The translations under genes were made by a program, and so were the position numbers. A stretch of 61,652 bases of DNA, the filler included. It is 5 parts of 5 records of this genome, joined end to end, with 100 filler letters (N's around TTAATTAATTAA, not from the genome) between each part and the next. Parts side by side here need not be neighbours in the genome. Positions count along the whole stretch, not along the records: positions 46,901 to 61,652 come from SRR20825019_626; 4 more parts are not named here. The stretch is one strand, 5' to 3'. Positions 51,773 to 61,652 of the stretch are shown one piece after another. Numbering within the stretch: the stretch's first letter is position 1; each line of letters starts with the position of its first letter. The notes beneath the pieces were generated by a model, which searched no databases, was not told where the DNA came from, and was given only the letters and a program-made list of their open reading frames with translations.

Positions 51773-53746
51773 TTAGAAGCTTGAGAGCAAGGGAAGTTGG
51801 TTGGGATCGCTGCTACATTCGGAACCATCATCACTACCCTCGCCAAGGTGGAGGAACTCATACATTTTCTCGGGAACAGGCAGCTTCAGTGCCTCCATCA
51901 CCTCAATGGCGGCACGCTGACCAGCCTGAATTGCACCACTCATGTATCTGCGAGGCGATTGGTTGGTTCGGAGAAACTGACTCAAACAGAACGTAACGTA
52001 CCCATACCACAAAGTGGCCATCTCCGTTCCAGCAAAGACAACGCGACCATGTGCCTTTCTCAACTCATGGCCGTACTACACACACACAGGCCTTTGTTAA
52101 AAGCGTTGCGGAATGAGCACATCTAGCATACCTGGGTAATTGTTCCGGCGTTCATGGATCCCACTGGGCAGCCTCCGGTGTACGGCTCAGTACCCCAGTC
52201 TTGTTCAATGTAACTCGCGTAGTTGTGGGCCTCGTCGCCGAAGTACTGGGCAAACAACTGAATAACCCGGTCGCGGCGGTCATTCTGGGAACGGGATGTC
52301 CACTTGCTTGAGTAAGAACCACCTACAAAGCACAGCAGCGCGGGGGTTCCGTCTTTGGGAGTGTCATCATAGCATACATCGATTGGCTCGGCGTTAGACA
52401 CAATCTCGCCGGAGAATCCTGTGGAGTCGCAGTTAGCAAGGAATATGGGAGGAATCGATGGCTGCGCGCACCCTTCTCCTTCCAGAATGCAGTAGGGTAG
52501 GTCACAATGATCTTCATGAGATGACCCATAGTCATCCTAGAGTAGAGGTGATCCTTGACGGGATTGAAAGGAGGATCAAAAGAAATCTTGTTGGTCATAT
52601 GAGGAGGGGTTGCCATGACCACATGCTTAGCTTGGTAGCGGCCTTTGTTGGTGGTCACAGTGACAAGGTCATCTGGAAAGCAGTCATTAAATGAGTTTTG
52701 GCCAAGTAGCCTTTGCTCCGTAAGGTACCTGACTGGGACACGGCAAACACTGGCTCTTCAAATTGAACATTAAGACCTTCCGCTAGCCTCTGTGAGATTT
52801 GCTGGGTGCCACCAACAACCTTGAACTCCTGTGCCCCGCCCTTGGTGGAGTCCAGCACTGCCTGGAATCAGCTACCCGAAATGAAAATGTCGACATCATA
52901 CTCACATGGCATGATGCCGGCTCCACACTGAACGTAGTGAAGGAAATACAAGATAGAAAGCTCGGATGCATCCTTTCCAAAGACAACACGAGAAGTGATG
53001 TCAAGCATATCTTTGACGTCCTTCAACCAAGGGAACTTAGACACATAAGATGCCACGGTGGTAGAGTCGTAGGCAAGCGCATTCTTCATTTCATACTGTA
53101 CACAGAAACAACAAGATCAATAAGACAAGAGCTTTTCGAGATTGCTTAGAATGCATACCGGGCAATATCTGGGAACCTGCTTTCTCAGGTGTTCGGCTAC
53201 AACAAATGAGTAAGTAGTAGTTTCAACAAGAGTGGGCAGTTGTACCTTTAAGCATGAAGGCACCCAAATCAATCATCTTGAAGAGAGATAGACTTGGAAT
53301 GACGGACTTGTAGTGCTTTACCTTTCCATTGAGATCCAAAATTTTTGTCCCAGTAATGTACTGCGAGTAGGTCTCCAAACCAAGCTCCTTAATTACTTCC
53401 ATGATGTGCCGCTGAGGTGTTCCTACCTAGTCCATGGTTAGCGTTGTGCTCGAGCTATTCAAAACTAGTGACCTACCCACTGACCGCCAAGATCGAAGTC
53501 ATCGCTGCCAAACTTCTTTGTGAAAGTACGACCACCGACACGCTCTCTTGCTTCCAAGACCAAAACAGATGCATTCGTGATTTCCTTCTGCAGTTGACGG
53601 GCTGACCATAAACCGGACAAACCGCCACCCACAACTACGACATCGTACACCGGAGAGTCGGCACTCTCTAAAGTCATATCCACACCAGCGTGCACTGAGT
53701 GCATCAGAGCACTGGAAAGGAGGAACACCAGAGTCACTATCTTCAT
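51773..53746 (-). CDS. Flavin monoamine oxidase family protein with signal peptide, multi-exon
   Basis: DVVVVGGGLSGL, VLEARERVGGR, DLGGQWVG, GGAQE, YTGGCP, FAGTE..GYMSGAIQAG. Confidence 0.88.
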
Positions 53747-54769
53747 GGTGTTCTGCAAGTACAGGAACCTTATGAGGTGTGTCGGGCACTATATAACGAG
53801 TCTGTTTGTGAACAAATTGAAGGGAACGCGGGTTGGGCATCCACATGGACGAGCAGCCTGAGGACGGTCGTGCTAGGTCGTGGCCACTGAACGATATGAG
53901 TGACACAAGACTGGACCGTGCACATGCTCGAGGGCCACCAACACTGACTGAACCCTTTCAACTCTGCGGCCGTTGACTGATGACAGCTAGCACCCTGGGT
54001 GCCGGGAGGCTGATGAATCGGACAATCGGGCCAGCTCACGGGTCTGGGAATTCGCGCGCCGCGGCAGTCCCCCGCGCGATTCGAGTCGCACTGCAGGGCC
54101 GGTGGTTGCAGCCGGCGACAGGCCCGGCCGTACTGACCCTCCGTGTCACCCGGCGGCCACCTGACGAGGGCAGCGGGCGGGCAGCAGTCACCTTGGGCCG
54201 GCTGCCGGGCCCGTCCGTCATTCGATACCCAGGGCGTCAGGACGTCTGGTGACACAAATTCACTCCGCCCGGCAGCCGGGTCTGGGCAGTCGCGTCGTCC
54301 GAGGAACAGGCCTCGAGAGGAACCATTGAGGACGCCATACGGAAGAGGGCAGAAAGCCGCCCTACTGGAAGACTCCAAATGGCTCAATTCCCACCTGGCC
54401 TGTCCAGCCCGGGCGCCGGCCTCGCGGGCCGGCGCCCGCGGGCTCGGCTCGCCGGGCGATCAGCCAAGCACCCCGGCCCCGCCAGCCGGGTGGGACGGGC
54501 GTGAAGGGGCCCGCGCCGGGCCGGCCGCCGGGCGGGCCACACGGCCTGGCCGCCTCTTCCCGGTGGCGCTCCTGGCTGGTAACAACGGTGCGCAGCAGGC
54601 CCCCGAACCGTCCCGGCCGGCAGGTAGAGCCACACTCGGCGAATCACCGCACGAGCCAGCCTCGCCCTACCCCCACGTGACTTCGGTCATACTGTGTCAG
54701 CCAACTGTTTTCGGGTTTGAAATAATGATGTGCAGACAGGATGAACACATATTGCATACTTGCTGCAGA

Positions 54770-55519
54770 ATGAACTCAGTCCCTGACGGCACCTGGCATA
54801 CTGCCTTAAAGAGAAAATACAAGACCCACCGAATCCGTGCTCATGCAAACCCCCTTAACGACTTGCATATGGATTATCCTTTGTGGCCATCGGAGTTTGA
54901 CTTGAAAAAATACTATCCAGAGTTGGACATTCCAAAAGAAGGGCCTGTTCCTCGTGTGACCATGGCCGACATCGGTTGTGGCTTCGGTGGACTAGTACTA
55001 TCATTGAGCACTGCGTATCCTGATGAAGTAGTTATGGGCATGGAAATCCGGTCAAAGGTGTCATGCTACGTGAATGAGAGAATTGAGATGTTGCGAAAAG
55101 CATCAACCAGTGGAGAGTATAAGAATGCAGCAGTGGTAAATACCAACGCAATGAAGTATTTGCCAAACTTTTTTGAAAAGGGGCAACTGAAGAAGATTTT
55201 CTTCTGCTTTCCTGACCCCCACTTCAAGAAGGCTAATCACCGCAGAAGAATTATCAGTAAGCCATTGCTGGCGGAATATGCCTATATTTTGGGTGTGGGG
55301 GGCATTGCCTATACGATTACAGATGTTGAGGAGCTGCACATTTGGATGAGGGACCACTTTGATGAACACCCGCTCTTTGAGCGCATTCCTGAGGAAGAGC
55401 TTGCGGACGACGTTGCGGTACGCCTTATCGCTGAGACAACGGAGGAGAGTAAGAAGGTAGATAAGGTGGAAGGGCCGAAGTTCAAGGCCATATATCGGCG
55501 AGTGGCTGGAAAGGATTAG
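54770..55519 (+). CDS. TRM8: tRNA (guanine-N7)-methyltransferase Trm8/METTL1
   Basis: RIRAHANP, ADIGCGFGGL, GMEIR, NAMKYLPNFF, FPDPHFKK, YTITDV, TEESKKV; start codon uncertain. Confidence 0.92.
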   Translation: MNSVPDGTWHTALKRKYKTHRIRAHANPLNDLHMDYPLWPSEFDLKKYYPELDIPKEGPVPRVTMADIGCGFGGLVLSLSTAYPDEVVMGMEIRSKVSCYVNERIEMLRKASTSGEYKNAAVVNTNAMKYLPNFFEKGQLKKIFFCFPDPHFKKANHRRRIISKPLLAEYAYILGVGGIAYTITDVEELHIWMRDHFDEHPLFERIPEEELADDVAVRLIAETTEESKKVDKVEGPKFKAIYRRVAGKD

Positions 55520-55682
55520 TGGTGGTAATTGACGATAGGTGTGTGTATCGCCATAGCCAAACAGCACAAACAAGGCAGGCGCTGTTTATCCGCGTGAACG
55601 CGCGGTGTGGAAGCTGGCAGTTCCCCCTGTGGGCTATGCTATGTAAAGCTGACAACAACATTCCGATATCCGTTCATAAGAT

Positions 55683-57784
55683 TTACACAAACTGTTTCAC
55701 TTGAGACGCTCGGCGCAAAAGGGAGCCAGATTCTTCGTCCTGGTCATACAAAGCCTGCAAATGACATTAGTTATATCGTCGGTATTCGCTAGTTCGCAAT
55801 GACTCACCTGCACATATAGCTGGGTGATCCTCTTTCGACTCCATGCATACCATTCGTGGAACTGAACCCCATTGTCGATGGCCTGCTGATACAACTCGAT
55901 GGGACTGACTTCAACTTTACCGAACTTCAGTTAGCTATTATTCTGGGAGTTATCCAACGATTCAACACACCTAAGTCTTCATCCATTTCCACAAAGCTAA
56001 GCTTCACAGCCATCACTATCATTACAAAGAGCTCCATGGTGAACGTATCCCCTGCATCTTGGCTCGCTTCCTCACTCTTCTTTCTGCGCTGAGTTTCCTC
56101 CTCGACAGTGGCTGTCGCGGCAGTGCGAAGTTCATCGTATAGCATTGTGCCACTGGGCGGCTGAGTGGGGGTTGGAAGGTTACTGCAGCAGCAGGGTTAG
56201 GGGGGCTACATGAGCAGTACTTCGTAGCTCACATGTTGCGCATGTGCTCCTGCATGTCACGAATCTGCTCCTCAAAGTCGGCCTTCTCTTCCTCGAACCT
56301 TTCAGCCTTGAACTGCATGGACTCCAGCTCACTTTCTGAAATTTAAGTTAGAGATAATCACGCAACCAACAGGCAAGACTACCCTTGTCGTTGAGCTGAT
56401 TCTGTAAATTCACGGCTTCCCGAATCGCATTGTCTGCATCTCCCTTGACTTTAGCTATGGTCTCGTGAGCTTCTTCCAGCTCCTGCTCCAGCATCTTTCT
56501 GCTGGCTTCCAGTGGTTTGAGCCTGGCCACAATGAGCGCGACCATTAGCACAGGACTTGATTCATGCATAGATTCATGCATATGATCCTTACCTTCCAAC
56601 TTCTTTATGGAGTTCATCCCTTGCAGTTGTGATGCTCTCTAGGGTCTCTTTCAACTTTTCGATTTCATCTGCAATCACCCATAATGGCGGGTCAGGCACA
56701 CATTTTACTCCATCAGTACACCACAGAGCGACTGCACCTTCCAAACGCTGGTTGTCATCACAGAGCTTCATGTTCTTTTGCTTCTCCTTGCGATACTCCT
56801 CAGCTTGGGACTCGACTGAAGCACTAGCCTGCTCTGAAGTTTCTTTGAATGCTTCTTCGAGCTGCACAGTGCGCGCTCGTGCCCTTTGACTGGACGATCG
56901 CTCTAGATTCAATTCCTGTGTCACAGCCTCGAGCCTGTCCTCTAAGCACCCAACCTCGACCTCATACTCTGCAATCCTTCGCTGCCCACTATTCATTTCC
57001 CTTTCCAATCTAGAGATCGTCTATCGCCCGAGTTGTCAGCGCACGCGGGAGGCTCTGGGCCTGATCCAAAAGAGTCTCACCTCTGTGGCCTGTGCATACT
57101 TGCGTTCCAACGATCGAGAGTCCTCCAAAGCTCTGTCTGCATCCTCTCTGCAGCCCTGTTAGTCGGAGATCCCTCCTCGCTCAAAAAATAAGAACCACTA
57201 ACCGATCTTTTTCTGTCATTTCAATGACTTGATTAAGTCGGGCCTGGGCAGCTTCAGCCTGAGCCTTGTAATGGTCTGCCTGGGCCACCGCTTCGTTGCC
57301 TTTTTGCATTAGCATTTGGCCCAGCTCTGCAAGTTACGGTGTCACACGTAAATACAACAAAAACACTGGCCTCAATACAGACCAGCCGCAAGTTGTAGGT
57401 CATTGTCCTTCTCTTCAATGACCTTATAAAGGTACTCCAGCTCCGCCTTCACATCAGTGGACTTCCCCGCACGTTTCTCACGAGTTTTTGAGGCTTGGGA
57501 ACGCAGGTAAGTTCAAGAAGAGGATGTGGAAGCAAATACCCAACCTAAACCACGGAGTGCCGACTCCACCTTGGTTCCAACCACCTTTCGGGAGGCACTT
57601 GAGGGTGACTGGGGTGTATATGGTGTTATGGGAGTTTTCAGGTTGTCCCATGATCTGGAAGGCGACTCGCGAGTCACTGTGGGAGACTCCGCTGGTTCAA
57701 AGTCAGAAACCCGAAGACTGCACTTCAACCTCATCTATCACCTTCGACGGGAACTATAGACGGGCGAGACTTCCCCTCGCTCAT
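55683..57784 (-). CDS. Multi-exon coiled-coil protein of unknown function
   Basis: Exons joined via GT-AG introns from MSEGKSRP to ..QVKQFV*; E/K/Q-rich heptads; C-terminal LYQQAIDNGVQFHEWYAW segment. Confidence 0.65.
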
Positions 57785-58654
57785 AATGTTATGTTGCCCA
57801 CTGTGCGTTGAGCAAGCCTATATGCGCAATGAGTGTACTGTAGAAAGGAGGGCCAAAGCTACGGAAATAGATATGATTGGCCCGGCGCCGGCCGGCGGGG
57901 CGCTCAGGCTCGCCCAGGCCAGGGGCAACCGGACTGGACCGCCGGACCTGGACTGGGAGCTGAGGACAGCGCCCTGGGCCGGGGTGACGGACTGACTGCT
58001 GACTGGCGGGCACGCCGCCCGGCGGGGCCCGTCACGGCTGATGACGGTCGTGCGCCCCGGCCGGGCCGGCCGGCCGGGGCAGCCCGGCCGAGCCTCAGCA
58101 AGTCACGGCGCGCAGGCGGCGCCGGGGCCCGGGGGGAGCGGACGGGAGTTCTCGGGCCAGTTCGGGAGGGTCGGCGGTACACGGGACCCGGCCGGCCGCC
58201 CCGGGCAAGGCGTGGGTGCTGCCGCGCCGGCGGACCGGGACGGACCCAAGAGTGCATCATCGATGAGTGGTCACGCTCATCCGGCATCACCGTCACCGTA
58301 CTGACTCGGACCGCCGCGGACTAACCCGCCGACCAGCACGGGCCAGCCCGTGTCCGGTCAGTCAGCCCGGGGCTCCGCGGCATGCCCCTCGGCAGGCCGG
58401 GCAGCGGACGGCCGCAGCCCGGACTGCCAGTGGCGGCGTCCGGGTGCCGCGCAGCCGAACTGACTTGGGCCCGCCCATTGCGAGGCTTCAGGCCGATGAC
58501 CGGCGCCGGCCGCCGGGCGGGCGGGTCACTTCCGTTTCGCCGGGGGTGGCAGGCCGCGGCGCCGCGGCCGGGTACAAGTAAGCGCCTGGCTCAAACCCAA
58601 TATCATGGACACTGCAGTGGTGAGAAACAACACCGGACACTCACAGGTTTAATA

Positions 58655-59408
58655 ATGTCTTCTGATTGGCCTAGCTCATCAACAGCCTTTGCATTCGCCG
58701 ATGTGCTTGGCCGGCTAAAAGTGAGTTCTAACCGGTGGTGGAGACCAAAGTTTAACATGACAACAGACAGAGAAAAGGACAGGTTGGGTTAACCATAAGG
58801 TGAGCCGCCCCGAGTCTATTGCGGATCATATGTATCGAATGGCTGGTCTGTCATTTCTCTTTGTGGGCCAAGAGGGTGTTGATAGCACGAGGTATGGCTC
58901 ACTAAAAGACTTTGTTCACAATTGTGTGCTCACACGATGGGAACTCAGACTACTTAAGATGGCTGTTGTGCACGACCTGGCAGAGAGCTTGGTGGGGGAT
59001 ATAACTCCTCACGATGGAGTCACAAAGGAAGAGAAACATCGCATGGAAATGGTGAAGAGACAGTGAATGCATGCTGACTATACCTCCGGGATTAATTGGA
59101 GCTTACGACAGGAAGCCATTGAGAAAATTGCCAACATTCTCCCAAATAAGGCGGGGACTGAAGAGATTCTAGAGCTATTCAATGAGTATGAAGGGGCAAG
59201 TAGCTCAACTGCACGTTTGTGTAAGGACCTAGACAAACTAGATATGTTGATTCAGGCCGACGAATATGAACGTGCCCAGCCTGGTCTCGATCTTTCTTCA
59301 TTCTTTGAGACCACCACAGATGACAAGTTTTATAGCGAAGAGATCAAGGGATGGGTACAGGATCTAAGGCTAAAGCGCAGTCAAAGACTAGCCCACCATG
59401 CGATGTGA
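58655..59408 (+). CDS. HDDC2: HD-domain 5'-deoxynucleotidase (HDDC2-like), 4 exons
   Basis: LK..RTGWV..PESIADHMYRMA, VHDLAESLVGDITP, KDLDKLDMLIQADEYE. Confidence 0.88.
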
Positions 59409-59526
59409 GCCTTGAACCATCGACCACATTGTATGTGCTACGTGCTCGCGGTATGTCGGTTGTGGATGTGCTCACTAGAAAGGGACATCTCACCTCACGA
59501 GTAACCCACTCCTCACTTCAGCAAAA

Positions 59527-61272
59527 TTAAACAATGTCATTGTCTGGCAAAGTCTTCTCAAGCAGGCGAAGAGCATTGCCACCCATGACTAAGCCAATGT
59601 CTTCCTCACTCAAACCCGCCTTCAAAAGCCCGTCCGTCACTACAGCCATGTCACTGATAGTGAATGGAGTGCTCACAGATCCATCAAAATCTGACCCAAG
59701 TGCGACGTGCTCAACTCCCACAACATCGATAGCATGCTTAATAGCGTTGATGATACCAACAAGTCCATGGCATATTGCTTGCTTAAAGAAACCTAAAAGA
59801 GTTTCATCAATCCCATGCGAAATCAAAGGTACGGGTGGGATATTCTACCGATGCTGATGATGCCACCAGTGGCCGCGACTCCTCTCAGCTGCTCATCAGA
59901 TAGATTCCTCACATTGTCGCATGTCCCTCGCACGCCAGTGTGAGATGATACAACAGGGCGCTTAGCAATCTTCAGAACATCCTTAACAAGATTTTCTAGG
60001 CAAAGACGAAGAGACTTGAGATATAATCAAATATACCAGAAGCAAAGTACCTGATGCATGCGAAATATCAACCAAGATGCCAAGCTGTTCCATACGTCTC
60101 ACAAACTTGATCCCCGTCTCGGTGATACCATGTCTGTGCATGTGTAAAAATAAATTCAGGTTTGAACGATAACCTCATCATACTTGTATTCGCCATGAGC
60201 AGAGCCGCCGGCTTCATTGTCGAAAAAGTGTGTTAGCCCAATCATCCGTATTCCCGCATTAAAGAGCTTGTCAATGTTCTCCACTTTGCCTTCCGCACAA
60301 TGTGAACCTTCAACACCAAGCATACCAGCAGTGAACTGAGGTATGACTCCCTGCGAAATCATGTCTTTCCTACAGTAGTGTCAATTCATCAGTCTCTCAA
60401 GTTTTGAAAAGGTCGGTGCATACCTCCTTTTGGTATACATCTTCAGTTGTTTCTTTGTTGAAATTACAGAGAGTTGCCCATCCGACGCCTTAGAAAGCTC
60501 ATGTAAGCGCTTAGCTTGGAATAGCGCACGCTCTAAGAGAGATGAATAGGTGACAATGGGCCAACGTTGAGCAACTGCAGCCAATGTGAAAACATCACTG
60601 TCATTTTTGTTGCTTTCAAAGTTCATATTGAATGGGGCTTTGGTTACTATTGTGAACATTTGCAGAAACATATTCCCTTCTATCATTCGAGGAATATCAA
60701 CATGACCACTAGGGTACTTTGTCAATAGATCCCGATAGCTCCACATTAAGGAGTCTGAGTGCATATCCACAACGTTCAAGTTCTATGGTGCGCTTAGTTT
60801 CTTGGTGCACGTCCCACTCCAAAGTACCAACCTCGTGGAGAACAAGAGCTTCCGCCGAAGGTTTTGGAATATTGTCCTCGGTAATGCCATTGACGATACC
60901 TTCCAGTAGAGGAGGTACAATTATGAAAACAGTTCTAACCAATAATGAGAAGGCGTAGCGTTATAAAACGGTAAACTTACGACAAAATGAACACAAGCAA
61001 CAAGGGATAATAGAACATTAAACGTTTCTTCCTATGCATGACGGTGTAGACGACTTCCATGGGAATCTTTTGGTTGGGTCCCTTCTTTGTGAGCGAAGGA
61101 CCAAAGCAAAACTTTGCCAAGTCATACAAGAAAGCAAGGACGGCCAAAACAATTATGAAAAAAGAGGCGATAATTAGATTATCCTATTCTTCAAGTATGA
61201 GCAGTAGTGGTGATTCCCTACACATAATGCAATACATACTACTATATCATCAGTGACATCTTTGCTAGCCAT
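59527..61272 (-). CDS. Membrane dipeptidase (peptidase M19) with two N-terminal TM segments, multi-exon
   Basis: VVDMHSDSLMW, GHVDIPRM, LGVEG, GLTHFFDN..GGS, DISHAS, SHTG, HVALGSDFDG, MGGNALR; first exon MASKDVTDDIV inferred by splicing. Confidence 0.85.
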
Positions 61273-61652
61273 CGTGAATGCAGACGCAACTTGACACTGT
61301 TCGAGAGAACCACATACATAATGTTGAAGTAGGTCCCGCTATGACTATTGGAGGCCGCTGCCGCCACTGATGATGAGGCACCGCCGCCGGCCGCGCCGAG
61401 CCCGGTCAGTGAGCCGTCTCCCGTTCAGGTTAGTTGGCGGGACTGGAGGCCCGAGTGCGACTCCGCGCACGGCACGGCACCGGGCCGGCCGGCGGCACTG
61501 AGGGCCGCCCCGGGCTCCGGGCGCCGCGCCGCGCCCCCGTCCGGTCCTCCGTTCGGCAGTTCAATTTGATTCAGCCCGGCGGGCCTGCCAGTGAATTGCA
61601 CGCATGGGACGGGCCATAGGGGCCCCGTTGGAATTTCCATGGAGAAATTATC

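Noticed and set aside
54143-54769. About 200-aa Pro/Arg/Ala N-terminal extension of TRM8
   Set aside because: It runs through a GC-rich island where stop codons are rare; homology begins near 54770.
46901-61652. Alternative genetic code or non-canonical introns in the eukaryote
   Set aside because: Every junction I reconstructed is GT-AG, and the exons I checked translate with the standard code using TAA, TAG and TGA as stops.

Overview
This window is not one locus. It is five contigs joined by identical artificial 100-nt spacers (44 N + TTAATTAATTAA + 44 N). (1) 1-15919: Rhizobiales-type chromosome with a sugar kinase, epmB-like KamA, an EhuR-like MocR regulator, fdhD, gcrA, argD-argF-hslO, TetR + emrAB, terC and gltX-lysS. 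(2) 16020-22093 and (3) 22194-34795: probably one Devosia-like genome, since the two contigs carry the two halves of uvrC. They hold a class I DAHP synthase, a DUF990 ABC transporter, uvrB, an AT-richer island, hemH, a DUF1007-NicO fusion and SH3 proteins. (4) 34896-46800: Rhodobacteraceae-type (gyrB, mprF, EVE-yciI-gpsA-tsaD, hemD-mic60-hemY, ahcY). (5) 46901-61652: a compact, intron-rich unicellular eukaryote with seven genes and GC-rich islands at their 5' ends. Taxonomic labels are inferred from gene order and protein style. Two observations stand out. The first is a two-gene island after uvrB that pairs a C5 DNA methyltransferase with a frameshifted GHKL/MORC-like ATPase ending in a Swt1-type HEPN (RxxxxH) domain, a candidate anti-phage system. 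The second is a complete, apparently leaderless, ribosome-dependent attenuator upstream of DAHP synthase. It is absent from the ORF track, and its 23-aa leader (MINTATFFWYFSYPLPAEAIARV) contains Phe, Trp and Tyr control codons together.
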